Source: the human T2T-CHM13v2.0 reference genome, Homo sapiens
Length of the DNA stretch: 64,000 bases
Strand: one strand, 5' to 3'
NCBI RefSeq assembly: GCF_009914755.1
Contig: NC_060929.1
Shown: piece after piece, positions 42,895-58,032 of the stretch
How the letters are laid out: each line of letters opens with the position of its first letter
Numbering within the stretch: the first letter of the stretch is position 1
Made by a program: the position numbers and the translations under genes
Notes under the pieces: model-generated
What the model saw: the letters and a program-made list of their open reading frames with translations, nothing else
Database searches by the model: none
Told to the model about the DNA's origin: nothing

Positions 42895-45800
42895 TTGATT
42901 TTATTTTTAAATCAACTTTATCAAAGCATACTTTATGGATAAAAATATACCAATTTTAAATGCACTGTTCAATGAACTTTGACAGTTATATACACACAAA
43001 TAACTAGCGATCCGAACAAAATATAAGACATTTCCAACTTCTCAGAAAGTGCCCTCGCGGCCGTTTTCAGTCAGTCCTTCCCCTTCCCCCTGACTGCAGG
43101 CAATCCCTGATCTGCCTTTTTGCCCATTCCTGAATAGCATGTATGTGGAGTCAGACAGTATGCCCTCTTTTTTGTCTGGCTTCTTATACTCACCCAAATG
43201 CTTCTACAATGTGAACATATTTTTGCATATATTAGCAGTTTATTAATTTTTTATTGATGGACTGTATTTCCTTTCATGGATTTATTATTTTGTTTACCTG
43301 ATCATCTGCTAATGGGCATTTCTGTTATTTCTAGTTCTCAGACATTTTGAAAAAAGTTGCTCTGAACATTTGTGTGCATATATATGTACCGTCTTTTGTG
43401 GACATATGTTATTTCTCTTAAATACCTATGAGTGGAATTTCTGGGTCATATGATAAATATATGCTTAGCATGTAAACAAATCGCCAGTATTCCAAAAGGT
43501 ATGTACCATTTTGATTCCTGACTGCAATGTATAAGAGCTCCAGATGCTCCAGGTCTTTACCAGTACTGAATACTGACAGTCATTTTTTATTTTAGGCATT
43601 CCAATGGATGTCTAGTAACTAGTCGTGGTTTTAGTTTACATTTCCCTTATCACTGGTGATAATAAACATCTTCTCCTTATGGACCATAAATGTATCTTTT
43701 GTGAAGAGTGTGTTCAAATCTGTTGTTCATTTAAAAAATTGTATGGATTTCTGTTTACAATTGAGTTATAAGAGTTTTTTGCATATATTCAAGATACATT
43801 TTTGGCTAATATGGATTTTCCAATACAATAATGTATTTTGATTATTTTCTCCAAGTCTGTGATCTGTTGCTCATTTAAAAAAATTACATGGATTTCTGTT
43901 TACAATTGAGTTATAAGAGTTTTTTCATATATTCTAGATATGTTTTTGGCTAATGTGGATTGTCCAGTACAATAATGTATTTTGAATATTTTCTCCAAGT
44001 CTGTGATTTGCATTTTTTTCTTACGTATGGCTTTTCAAGAGCAGAAGTTTTAATTTGATCATCTTTTTTCCTTAATAGCTAATGCTTTTTGTGTCCTGTC
44101 TTAGACATTTTTGTCTTCTCTAAGATTGTGAGCATTTTCTTCTAGGTTTTACTAAGAATTTTAGAGTTTCAGATTTTATGTTTAGGTAGACTATTTTATT
44201 TCTGTTTTTGGTATAGTGTGTGGCAAAGGTCAAAGGTTGTTACTTTCCGTCCTTTTATTCATCTGTTCCAGCACCATTTGTTGAAAAAAATATGTATTTC
44301 TTTCCCCACTGAAGTATCTTAGCACTGTTTTTGAAAGCCTCTTAACTGTATGTTTACAGATCCATTTCTTGACTCCCTTATCTATTCCATTATACATCAA
44401 ACCTTAGACCCGTATCATAGTGCCTTTATTATCGTAGCTTTATGATACTAAAGATTTAATCAGTAGTATAAGTCCTCCACCTTGATTTTTCAAAACTATT
44501 TTGGCCATTAAAGATTTTAAAATTTTATTTAAATTTTGTAATAGGTTTGCCAATTTCTAAAAATAAATACAGTGTTATTTATGTTTGGGATCGAGTTGAC
44601 TCTATAGATTAATTTCGAGAGAACTGATAATAAGATTGAGGCTGAATCAAAAAACATGGCATATCCCTCCTTTTTAGGTCTTAAATTTCTTTCACCAATA
44701 TTTTGTACTTTTCTGAGTACAGTTTTTGCATGTATCTTGTTAAACATATCCCAAAGCATATGATGTTTTTGATAGTATTATAAATGTAATCTTTCCCATT
44801 TGTCATTTGATAATAAAAATGCTATCCACTTGTGTAAATAGAGATTTACTTATTCTGGACATTTCATATAAATGTAATCACACAATATGTGGTCTTTTGT
44901 GACTAGCTTCTTAGGCTAATGCTTTCAAGTTTCATCTTTATAGTAGCATGTAACAATACTTTATTGCTTCATATTGCTGAATTATATTATCTTGTAGGGA
45001 TATGGCACATTGTATTTTTCCATTGATCAGCTATGTATTTGGATTGTTTCCACATTTGTTCTGTTATAAATAATGTTAGTCTAAGCATGTATAAGCTTTT
45101 GTGTGAACAAATGTTTTTATTTCTCTTGGATATATCCCTTTGAGTAGAATTCTGGGTCATATGGTAACTCTATGTTTAACCTTTTGTTGAACTGACATAC
45201 TGTTTCTGAAGGTGACTTTATAATTTAACATTCCCACCAGCAGTTTATGAAGGTTTCAATTTCTCCATCTTCTCACCAAAACATTATCAACTGTCCGTTT
45301 TTATTTTAGTCATCCTAATTGGTATGCAGTAGCATCTCATTGTGGATTTGATTTGTGTTTCTCTCATGGCTAGTTATATTGAAAATATTCACGTGCCTAA
45401 TGCCATTTGTGTATCTTCTTCCAAAAAAATTTATTCAGATACTTTGTCCACTTTTAATTATTTCTTTTTCTTATTGAGTTATATGAGTTCATTGTATATT
45501 TTGGGTACTAGACTCTTATCAGATGGATGATTTGAAAAATATTTCTTCTACTTTGAGGGTTGTCATTTCATTGTCTTGATGGTGACCTTTGAAGCATCAC
45601 AATTTTTCATTTTGATTATGTTCAATTTACCTATTATTTTCTTTGGTTGCATTGGCTTTTAGTGTCATATCTAAGAAACCATTACCTAATACAAGGTGAT
45701 AAATATTTTTGCCTATGTTTTTTCTAAGAGCTCTAGAGTTTTAAATCTTATATTTAGGCCTTTGATCCATTGTGAATTATTTTTTTGTATATAATATGAG

Positions 45801-46230
45801 GTAGGAGTCCAATTTCATTCTTTTGCATGTGAATATGCCATTGTTCCAGCATTGTTGAAAATACTGTTCTTTCTCTATTGAATTGTCTTGATATATTGTA
45901 GAGAACTTATTGATTACAAGTATGAGGCCTTATTTATGGACTCTTAATTATATTCCATTGATTTATATGGTTATCATGCTAGAAATGCACTGTCTTGATT
46001 GCTGTAGCTTTAAAATAAGTTACTAAACTTTATGAATTTGCTAAATTTACTTAATTTACTTAATTGTTCTAGCTTTTGTATATTTTAAAGAATATTTTAC
46101 ATTTATGATTATATCATATTAAAATAAGCAATGTTTTACTTCCTTCTTTCCAAACTAGAAGACTTTTATTTATTTTTCTTTCCTGGCTAGAATCTGTGGT
46201 GCAATGTGAAGTGAAAGTGATGAGGTCAGT
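42895..46230 (-). mobile_element. Old L1 cluster (L1MD/ME-like, with an L1MB-like fragment at ~44820-46020)
   Basis: Two successive reverse L1 3'UTR-to-ORF2 runs (e.g. ctgggtcatatg at 43441 and 45152; ttccagca...ttgttgaaa twice). Confidence 0.85.
43718..44005. repeat. 144 bp tandem duplication inside L1
   Basis: 43718-43861 vs 43862-44005, about 12 differences by eye. Confidence 0.95.
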
Positions 46231-46549
46231 AAGATATATGATAAATCCCATATGGTTTGGCAGCCACTCCATATACTAAACAAGATAGTGAATAGATCAA
46301 AGTAAGTTAAAAAATTCACGAAGACACTGCTAAATATCAAGAAAGTAATTTGACAGTCAACTTCTCTGCATGCTTATGAAGCATAATTCTAAAAAAGTCA
46401 GTATTTAATATACGTCTCTTTTACTACTATAACATATAAGGAGCTATACTCCAAAATTTTGCAATGTAGTTTCCCATAGAATCAGTGTCATGAACAAATG
46501 ATTGTGTTCCCATAACAACACAAAAAAGTCTCTGTAACTCATGGTGATG

Positions 46550-46800
46550 GTACAGTGCAGCATTCAAGATTGGTCTCTGGAATGAAGCCACTGGACATTA
46601 AATTCAATCTATTCCTCTTGCAAACTGTGCAACATTGAACAAGTTATTTAACTTCTTGGTTTATCAGTTTACTTATCTATACAATTGGGATAGTCATATA
46701 TCACCTGCCTTAGAGCATTATTTTGAATGTTTAATGAGATAGTGCACATAAAGTACTTAACACATTGCTTGGTATACTCAATACATGATAGTTATAATTT
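46550..46800 (+). mobile_element. MIR SINE
   Basis: aacaagttatttaacttc...cagtttacttatctatacaattgggata...aaagtacttaacacattgcttgg. Confidence 0.75.
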
Positions 46801-48178
46801 TACTTGGACTCAGGTACCCCTGAAACAAAGCATTAATTATTTAATGTGTTAATAGAATTACTGTGTTCACTAATTGAGTGAAACCTAACCAGAAAATGTT
46901 TCCATTGCTCCAAACTTTTGTATAAGTACGTCCTGAAATGATGGTATGTTAATTTTTACTACAGAAATCCCTACAATAAAAATAATAGAAGTATCCACAA
47001 GGGGTTCTCACTGCATTATGATACATAGCAAATTCTCCATTGGTCATATCCTATCATGTGTACATCCTTCAAATTATGCTTTATCAATTTGGTGTGATCC
47101 AAGAATTTATTCCATGTATGTACAAAAAAACAAGAGAAAAATAATGTCTTCATTCTAAAAAGAGTTCCTTAAAGACATGAGACTTCATATGTGGCTTAGT
47201 TTGGGGGTGTTTTTCTCTCTCACTTTTTTGTTTTATTTATATTTCCATTTCCAGCAGCTACAAAACTGTAGTCAAAATATTCAGAGTGTTAAATATTCTA
47301 CAAAGACCAGCTGTTTACCCAACTGCAGTTTTTAAAATTAAGCTACTTGGATTGCAGGGTAGCAAAGGAAACAAAAGGTGGGGGTGGGGGATGTTGGATG
47401 AGCACACATGAAGGTGAAAGAATTTGTTTCTATTTTAAGAAAACTGCTAAATAGTTCAAAATACTGTGATATAGAAATCTAAAAATGTGTCCATATATTA
47501 TTTATTCATCTAAGTGTAATCGACAAAATAAGATTGTCAATAACTTTGTACTTTAGTTCAGCTGTACTTTTCCAAATATACCCCAATTATGTCTTAACAA
47601 ACGTCTTTCCTGTCTAAATAATAAACAATTTTTTAATGAAGAAACAATATACATCAAATAAAATAATAAAAAAGTCTTAAAGATAAAATTTTTACACAGG
47701 AAAATTTAAACCCGAATGGACTTGGGATATGACTGAGTCATGTACCATATAACTGAGATAAATATTAAATCTCAGCCATCAGTTTTCTAATACAAATTTC
47801 ATTTCAACCTTAATTATATCTACTCTCTTGGTACAGTGATTATAAAAATTCAAGGAGAAAAATATTTAAGAATAACTTGTCATTCATGAAGGAGTTTCAG
47901 TCCCTTTGGAACGTATCATGGTTCAATATGACTAGCACGATGATTCCTATTCATCACTTTGCTGGGTAAAATACTGTAGGCTTCTCCCCTCTCATCTCCA
48001 CCTTATTAAGAAAACTGTGAAGCCATATTTTTTCTCTTTTTGCCTACTCTTACTAGAGTAACTATTAATACTGATATGCTAAAACATAATTTCTATGTCT
48101 TTAGAATATAGCACATGTTAGGAAACATGTTAATAAGGGTAGTTTTTGTCCGAAGTTAAAGAAATATAATTTTTGGTT

Positions 48179-48180
<2 letters not shown>

Positions 48181-48215
<35 letters not shown>

Positions 48216-48219
48216 TGTG
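48181..48219. repeat. (GT)n microsatellite
   Basis: (GT)16 plus an interrupted tail. Confidence 0.97.
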
Positions 48220-49193
48220 TCGAGAAGCAGAGCGAAAGAGGACAGAGCACTGAGTTAGTACGCAAACATTATTGGCACACAATTAAATGCTCCATTGTCA
48301 TTTCTAAACAATAAATTCAAACGTGTGAAATCACAAAGAGTAACTGGCTGTCACAAACTCAGTGAGGAAGGATTTGTTTAGAGAGAACAGCATGATCCAG
48401 ATGTGGCATGCCATTCTTATTCACATTTGCTAAAACCAGCTCCCTCATTCCATCACCTGAAGGACCCAAAGCTTATGCACAGTTGATCATGGACATTCCT
48501 GCAGCCCTTGGAGAGTAGAAATTATTGTAGTTTATGCACAGCCTGCATCACCTAGATGCCTGGCAACCTCTCATATTTCTCCTTTCTCCTATCTATTCTA
48601 CCCAGCTTCCCTACTCCAAAGCTTCCTGCTTTTTTTTGTACGCAGCCCCATGTCATCAAATCAACAAGTCCGGATAAAGTTGCTGACCCAGGTAGTTGAG
48701 TCAGCAAGTCTCATTCATCCTGGATCCTCACACTCTTCATAGTGAATCACCTGAAAGATGAGGAAACATCTTTCTTCTTTCTTGCATAAAAGACTAGCTT
48801 TCAGTATTGCCTGAACTGCCTCCTCCACCAACTAATGATAAGTAAGGAAGAGTGAATAAAGCAAGTCCCCTCCTGCCCCTGTCATAAGGTTGAGAAAGAA
48901 CAAAGTAACTGCAAGATATTCAAAGACTGAGAACTTCCATACTGTCATACAGACAATCAGAACCTAACTTGTGCAAAATTGGTCACTGAAAATAGAGCAA
49001 ACAGAAGTTTCACAGTGCAACTCTTCATTGTCAGGAAGCATATTTTCTGAAGTTTTCTTTTTATCGCAAGGAAGTAGGAGTCTATATTCAAAGCTATCTG
49101 CCATTTTACTTTGGCATTTGTAAATCTAGTATTCCCTATAGTGCAAATGGCCAGAAACCCTGTAGTAATTCTCAAAATAAATAAGAAACAGAC

Positions 49194-49302
49194 TGTTACA
49201 TGCCATCAATTATATATTTTTTATCAGAATAGGAATTGATTTTAAAATTGTTACATACCATCAATTATATATTTTTTATCAGAATAGGAATTGATTTTAA
49301 AA
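49194..49302. repeat. 55 bp-period tandem duplication in unique DNA
   Basis: 49194-49247 vs 49249-49302, one mismatch (g/a). Confidence 0.96.
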
Positions 49303-50489
49303 GATATTGTAAAAATTGCATGGAATACTATGTTTATGAATGTATGTAATTTATATATAATGGGAAGGCATTTAATTAATTACCACCTCTACAATAAGTC
49401 TTACCTCTTATTTCTCACTTTTTAACTATAATACTCACTTTATGCCTGTACGCCAACATTTTCCTGTATCCCAAGATATTTTGTTTTACAAATAATTTGC
49501 AAGTCTAGCCTTTCTCTACTGACTTCATTAATTAGATACAACCCTCATATGATTAATCAATATTTTCAGGTGTGGCAAGTGTTGTATAACTCTTCAAGCT
49601 TTCAGAACAACTTCCTACCAAAAGCCTTCAAAACAGCTTTCATTTATAAATTTCTCTCAAGAATACTTACTACTGGTTCTCTTCCACTTGCAAAACCTCA
49701 TGGGAAGGTCCAATTTGCCTTTCCAATTTTTTATATTTTTTCCTAGGCTGCTTCTTTCACCTCATGATCAAAAACATAATTTCTAAACATAGATAATGTT
49801 ATTTCTTCACTGTAAGACCTCTTAAATAATAGATAATTAATTTCAATCCTTTCTCAATGAAGCATGAAGACTTTCTACAAAAGCTCTTATCGCTTGCTAA
49901 GGTTAACCATACAATTTGAACAGAAAAGCCTTTTGTTTTTCAACTCACAAGAAAATGTTTGATGCAAAGAAAGATTTGCTGGTTTTTGAAAGAATATGAT
50001 TAATAATAGATTCAATCATAGGACTGCATCAAAGGTTCAGGTGGAGAAAACGGGAATGAAATTGATAGAAGAAAAGATGCTTAGATGATGCAAATTAGGC
50101 TAAAGAATAATATAAAAGGATTAGCAATCAGTGAGTCAGTTTTTAATTAAAAATAAAAATTCATGAGATCCTGTGTAAGCATTAAAGTACAGAAAGCTAA
50201 TATTTGTTCATAAAACCATCTCAATGAAAGTTGAAAGCAGAATATTAAACTATTAGACTACTTATGAGATAGAGCAAAGAAGTTCATTCAATTCCTTAAT
50301 AAATGGAAATGGAAAAATATACTCTGAAAGGAAAAAAATATGCAGTAAATGCCTTATTAAACATACATTGAGCACTGAAATACAAGATTAACAAATACAC
50401 TTTGTAGGATGATTTTCATTAGAATAATAGACTTTTTGTTTGTACATTTTATCCTTATAAAGATATGATTTTTTTCTTCCTCACTCCCT

Positions 50490-51545
<1,056 letters not shown>

Positions 51546-53085
51546 ACAAAAATTCAACTTAGTGATGAATCATGCTTTGCATGTGTATAACCATAGTTGT
51601 TGAGCTTACAAACTAATTACCAACAAGTATTATTTATAATCTCCACGTTACTTAATGAGAAATTTACCAAACATGTATATCAAATGATTAGCACAGTGAC
51701 TAGTAGATACTAAGTGTTCAAAAATGTCAGTTGTTGTTATTAGTATTAAGAGTACTTGTATTAGTAGTATTTGTAAAATAGGTTGTGTTAGAGCTTATGT
51801 TTTGCTTTTCTTAATCGGTTTTGCATGTTTTCACTCAATGGATTTCAAATGTATTTACATAAAAAAGTAAAAAGAAAAATATGAGGAAATTAGTAGAATG
51901 GATTAATGTTAGGATGCTGATAAGACACAGAAATTAGAAGTCCAGCTTCCTAATGTGAAAGGGAGTTCCTTTTTACTCATCTTTCCTAACATAAGGGCGT
52001 CATGTCTGGCAACCTGTTAGCTACTTGATGGCTTAAACTAAAAATTCAGCAATGCCCTGTATTCTCTCTGCAATACTTCTCTTTACCTTTTCTAACTTTC
52101 AAGGTGTTTGACCTTGTTTCTACACTTACAGACTGGCGTTTTCTGATCTGGCAACTGTACTTGATGAGTATAGTTAAAAAATTTCTCTTGTACCAAAATA
52201 AAGATGAGCTCTTTGGAAAGCCTTTCTTCTTATTCATATTTTGCAAAACAAAATTTTCCTGATCTAAAGTGTAGCTTCTCTCTGGATACGCTGGTGATTC
52301 CCTGAGCTCAAAAATCCCATGATTGAAAATCTTATAATATCTATAAAGAAAAACTTCTTTCTCTGAAAGTTAACTGCTATAAACTATAGAATAAACAGCT
52401 GGGGAAGACCAAGATGTCAGCACTCCAGGAATAGGATAGCATTAGAAGACGGCAGGATGATACATGATGATGAACCAGCTTTACTTACATTGGAGCCTGG
52501 CTGAAAGAAATTAAGTAGCAGTTATCTGGCCTAAAGTCTTTGAACAGGGCCTTCATATGGATTATGTCCTCCATGGGATCTTGTAAAATGTTACATTTCT
52601 TTAGTTAGTTCTTTTGTTTTGCAATATTCTGATCAGCTCACACTCAAAAGAGGAAATATATTATCCTACAAAAAATTTGGATAGAAGGATGAGGCCCCTT
52701 TAGATGTATATAAGGACTCAGCAATAGCAAGACCTTTGGGCCAGGGAATTTACATCTAAATTGTCTACTTGAAACAGTGGTTAAGGCAGAACTGGTAATA
52801 TTTACTCAGTTTAGCTTTATTTGCTCTCAAATATTTATTTTCAGGTTGTGAATAATCTGATATCTTTGAACAATGAGGTTAGCTCGTCGAGCTAGTGGGC
52901 AACTAGATAAGGAATATTTCAATCAAGGAATACAGAAAAAATAAATAACAGCAACCTGTGTGCCAAGGCCCTACCAAAGAACATGATTTTAAAGAAAATA
53001 TCATATATGTTCAATTTTGGGAAAGTTTTTTTTTGTTTGTTTAGTGCCACTTGTGTAGTACACTGGAGAAATTAGAAAGCATATT

Positions 53086-53275
53086 TGTTATAGACTGAAT
53101 GTTTGTATACCCACAAAATATATATGTTGAAGTCTAAATTTCCAATGTGATGGCATTAGGAGGTGGGACCTTTAGGATGTAAGTATGTCATAGGGTAAAA
53201 TCCTCAAGAATGAGATTAGTGTCCTTATAAGGAGATAAATCAAAGTTTTTTGTCTCTGCCATATGAGAACACAGT
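53086..53275 (+). mobile_element. MLT1A-like LTR 5' part
   Basis: tgttatagactgaatgtttgtatacc...aggaggtgggacctttagg...gattagtgtccttataag. Confidence 0.8.
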
Positions 53276-54310
53276 CTAAAATATATAAGGAACTCACTAC
53301 AATGCAACAGTAAAATAACAAATAACCCAATTAAAAAATAGGCAATTACCTGAATAGACATTTCTCCAAAGAAGACATACAAATGGCCATAGATACACAA
53401 AAAGTACTGAACATCACTAATCAGAGAAATAAAAATTGAAACCAAAATGAAATCTCTCTTTACACCTATTAGTATGAGTATTATCAAAAAGTCAAGAGAT
53501 AATAAACGCTGGTGAGGGTGTGTAGAAAAAAGAACTCTTGCAGTCAGCTTGTGGGAATGTAAATTAGTACAGCCATTATGAAAAATAGGATAGTGGTTCC
53601 TCAAAAAATTGAAAATAGAACTACCATATGATCTACCAATCCCCCTTCTGGGTATATACCCAAAGAAAATAAGATCAGCAGCTCATAGAGATATCTGCAT
53701 TCCCACGTTCATTGCAGCCTTATTCACAATAGCCAAGATTTGGATCCAACCTAAGTATGACCATAGACACACAATTATATGTATGTACACACAGTGGAAT
53801 GTTATTGAGTCTTAAGAAGGAAAGAAATCCGATCATTCATGACAACATAGATAAACCTGGAAGACATTATACTAAGTGAAATTAAGCTAGACACAGAAAA
53901 AAAATGATGCATGATCTCTTTTACAAGTGGAAACTGAGAAAAGAAATAAAACCCAAATATATAGAAACAGACCATAGAATCATAGTTTCTACAGGCTGCG
54001 GGGGTAGGAGGGATAGTGAAAAGGATTTGATATAGGTCAAAGGATACAAAGTTTTAGTAATGTAGGACGAATAAGTCTAATGACTGAAAATACAGCATGA
54101 GGACTACAGTTAATATTGTATTGCATATTGAAAAATTGGTAAGAGAGTAGATTTTTGTGGTCTTAACCACACACAAAAAGAAAAAGCTAACTCTGTAAAA
54201 AGAAGGGTATGTTCATTGATGAGAGGGTATGAATCATTTCACCATGTATGTACATTTCAAAACATTGGATATCTTAAATATACACAATAAAAATATCAGG
54301 AAAAGAAAAA
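53276..54310 (+). mobile_element. L1MA (MA8/9-like) 3' end
   Basis: ORF2 C-terminus remnant KIELPYDLPIPLLGIYPK...; 3'UTR ggtcaaaggatacaaag...acagcatgaggactacagttaata. Confidence 0.9.
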
Positions 54311-54479
54311 TAAATTGGAGATTATTTACTCCAAAAGTATTATCTCTAACAAGATTGGCAATTGTTCTTGTGGCCTCACCCCTCAGAAATCGGCAAATGC
54401 TGCCAAGTTCTGTCTAAACTTGAAGGCTTTCAATAGATTATTCTAATAAATTATCTTTCCTCTAATGCTACCCAGAAGT

Positions 54480-55395
54480 AGTTGCAATTTTATATGAAAT
54501 ATTCCTGATACAAGATTTACATGATAAAAAGCAATAGCTTTCCTTTATACTGGCAACATATAACTTACATGGATCCCATTCTTAAATATAATTGATTTCT
54601 TAAAAAGTATCCTAGGATAAAGCTAACAAGTACATGAAAATAATAGAAGAGAAAAATTATAAAACTTTATCAGAAGACATAAAGTTAATTATCTAGAGTT
54701 GCCACATTTCTGTATAGAAAGACAAAATATGTTAAATGTACATTCTTTATAAAATAATGCATGGAATTGATGTGAACCCAAAGAAAATTTTAACAAATTT
54801 TAATTGAATAGGTTAAGCTAATTTTAAAGATTATATGGGGGAAACGTGTGATAGAAAAGCCAAAAATCTTTTAAAAAAGACAATTACAGGGCACTTAAAA
54901 TGCAAAGTATGTATCTATATACACAAAGTTTGAGAAATTTTAAGAGTTATTTTGGTATTAAAATGTATAAATATATTAATGAAAAACAATGTAAAGTCAA
55001 ATATCAGACCCATGCATTCACAAAATTAATTTTATAAAACATGTAACATTGCAAGGATGTGAAGAGTTTTAATAAAATGCTTTTGGAAAAATCTGAAAGA
55101 AACAAAGTTGCATGCCTATCAAACTCCATGCCCCAAAACAAATTCCAAGTAAATTATAGTATCAAAACAATAATATAAATTTAAAACTCTAATTTAAATG
55201 TATTTAACATTAGAAGGGCATGTATACGATCTTGGTTAGAAAGTCCCTTGTATATAAGACAGTAAAAAAAAACCCACAATAAAAACAAAAAAGAACCCAT
55301 AAAGGAAAAGATTGATAGTTTTAGCTATGTAAAAACTTTTAAATTATTTCAAACTAAAATACACATCATAAACAAAATAAAGAGACAAATCTTGT
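54480..55395 (+). mobile_element. Very old L1 ORF2 fragment
   Basis: Degenerate motifs aattataaaacttt, atatcagaccc, aaagattgatagttttagctatgtaaaaa. Confidence 0.55.
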
Positions 55396-55970
55396 GATAG
55401 AGGTTTGACACAGATTAAGGAAGGAATTGAATGCCAAACTAAGCGCAGTGAATTTTTATCTGTGAGCAACTGAGAACCATAAAAGGTTTTTGACAAGGAG
55501 GGTAAAATGATCAAAGATGCCCTTTAACAAAGGAATTTGTTCAGCCACATAAAGAATGAATTAGAGCTGCAGTGTCGGCCTATGTGGGGAGGAGAGTGCT
55601 GTGCACACAGCTGTTCAGTTTGGAGTTAAGATCAATTATAAAGCAGTTGCAATGGTCCAGGAAAAGCAAGGCCATCTTGGTACTCATGTGAAAGATGAGA
55701 CTCACATTTAAGAATCTGAGAATCAGAAGAGGTAGAGAACTAATGTTTATTGAATGCCTATATGTACTAGAGATGATAATTTACCCATAGGCAAGCAAAA
55801 ATATGTTGCCATGTCTGATCTCTCCAATGTCAATCCCATGCTTTTTATTCCTCTATATATTTCAAGTTGCCTCATATGTAACCTACCCTTAGCTTATGTA
55901 TGGCCACCCTTCATACAGTCTGGAATAATCAGAGTCAGTGCATAAGATAGAAGTATCTGTGAGTGAGGTA

Positions 55971-56587
55971 TGTGTTGGAACGTGTTAATTCAGTAGGCTG
56001 AGTTGCTCAAACTCTGCACATTCCAAAGAAAGGCCTGTCTTCATGACTGACACTTAGTCAAAGCTTTGGAGATGACCTCAAAGTAGTTGATATATTTTGT
56101 TGGACAAAAGTGTTTTGTATACCTGAGGCATTAGGCCATGCAGTACCAATGTTATCAAATAGTTTATGCGAAAAATGTGATGTATTATGGTAAATGCCGG
56201 TTTTTACTCAGCTCTGGAGTCTGAATATCTATAGTCAGTAGCATCAGTGCTTCATACCTATGTGACTGTTCCCCCACTAAAAATTCTAGACATCATGCCT
56301 TGAGTCAGCTTCCCTGGTTGGTAAAACTGTGCATATATATCACACATTATTGCTGGGAGAATGAAGCAAGTCCCACAAAACTCTACTGGGAGTTGATAGG
56401 TGGAATACTGCACCTGGTTTTACCTGGACTTTACCCCCATGTGCCTCTTGCCTCTTCCCTTTACTGAATTTACTCTGTAACCTTTTTGTGTAATAAGCTA
56501 TAACTGTGAGTATAACAACTTTGCTGAGTCCTATGAGTCCTTTCAGCCAATCATTGAGACTAAGAGTGGTCTTGGAGACCCCTGACA
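55971..56587 (+). mobile_element. MER21-family LTR (MER21C-like)
   Basis: ctctgcacattccaaagaaagg...ttgctgagtcctatgagtcc...gtggtcttggagacccctgaca. Confidence 0.8.
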
Positions 56588-56751
56588 AAGGGCAGTTGCC
56601 CTGTGAAGAGCTACTCTCTGATGGATAAGTTTTGTTTTCTAGTATGGCTAGTGAAGGAAGCCAACAAGGAATCTGAGAGAGACAGAAGAAACAAGAGTGC
56701 GCCGTCTTGGAAAACAAGGGAGGATAGATAGCTACCTAGGAGGATGGAGAG

Positions 56752-56753
<2 letters not shown>

Positions 56754-56808
<55 letters not shown>

Positions 56809-56826
56809 TTATCTATCAATCAATCA
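56754..56826. repeat. (TATC)13 GATA-type tetranucleotide STR with variant tail
   Basis: 13 perfect TATC, then TATT (TATC)2 (AATC)2. Confidence 0.97.
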
Positions 56827-57129
56827 TTGAGACTATCTATCTATATCTATCTAGAGAGCAGGAAGAGGACCTTTGAGGTGAATAAAGAATGAAATTAGGT
56901 GCTTGCAAGAGGGTATTTGAAAATCAGTGACAATTATGAAGAAAATAGTTTCAGTAGAATGAGGAAAACAAGTTGTAAAAGAATTTAAGAGTCAGTAACC
57001 TGTGAAACTTTAAGTGTAGACTATTGGTACAACTTAGGGGGTCAAAGGAAAGAGTCCAAAGTTTGAGCACAGGAATGAGTTCTGTTGTTTTGTTTTTAAT
57101 AGCATGTTAACAGGATGTGTGAGTTAAAT

Positions 57130-57320
57130 CACATAACATAGGTTCAGTTTCTGCTCTCACTTATTGTGTAGATGCCTAACACTAGTCATAAAATTTATCT
57201 GGGCCCAAGTTATCTCATTTGTAATGAAATGGGCTAAATATATTAATATTTGTTCTCTGATTAGGTTATCGTGAATATCAAATATAAGTTGTTTGTGAAG
57301 ATGTTTTGAAAATCTAAAAG
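57130..57320 (+). mobile_element. MIR SINE
   Basis: ggttcagtttctgctctcacttatt...atctcatttgtaatg...ggttatcgtgaatatcaaat. Confidence 0.6.
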
Positions 57321-57649
57321 ACTAAACATTTATATTGCATTATTTTTACCTCCACTTGATGTGTAAACGGGAAGTATAGTTAGGCAAAATAATAAAAAGA
57401 GTCTAAATACCCTTATTTTTCTGGTCTTAGTTAAGGGGTATTTAATACGTGCATGTAGTAATGTACGAGTAATATATCATTATGGTGTATACCTCTCTCT
57501 ACTGTTGCTTGTAAATTCCTAGTTACTGAAGAAATATCAAGTTGTTTATCTTTTTAATCTTATAATACTATATTAATAAACAGAAAATGATTTCAAGTTA
57601 GGTTGGAAATGAGCCCCAAATATCACCTTCCTATGTTTGAGAAGCTACT

Positions 57650-57711
57650 GTTTAGCCATTTAGTAAGGACATTATCTACCGTTTAACCATCTAGTAAGGA
57701 CATTATCTACC
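57650..57711. repeat. 31 bp tandem duplication
   Basis: gtttagccatttagtaaggacattatctacc / gtttaaccatctagtaaggacattatctacc, two mismatches. Confidence 0.95.
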
Positions 57712-57720
57712 ATAAAAGAT

Positions 57721-57859
57721 TGTTTTTGTTTGTTTGTTTTTCAGAGATGAAGTTTTGCCATGTTGCCTAGGCTGGTTTCAAACTCCTGGGCTCAAGTGAT
57801 CTGCCTACCTCAGTCTCCCAAAGTGCTGGGATTATAGGCATCAACTGCCATGCCAGACC
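57721..57859 (-). mobile_element. FLAM (Alu left monomer)
   Basis: Single monomer with a (TTTG)n tail; aagatt on both sides. Confidence 0.88.
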
Positions 57860-58023
57860 AAGATTAATTATAGAGATCATTATTATATAAAAAACTGAAC
57901 AGATTGTAATTTTATTTGTCTTCCCCATCAATGTATTTTTATGAAATCTAAACCATTATTTTAAAAATAATTGTGTTGTATACACAATTTAAATACATAC
58001 ACCAACCAATTTAAATATTATTT

Positions 58024-58032
58024 TTCCCGGAA
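58024..58032. promoter_or_regulatory. STAT (GAS) consensus motif
   Basis: TTCCCGGAA in unique DNA; motif only. Confidence 0.3.
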
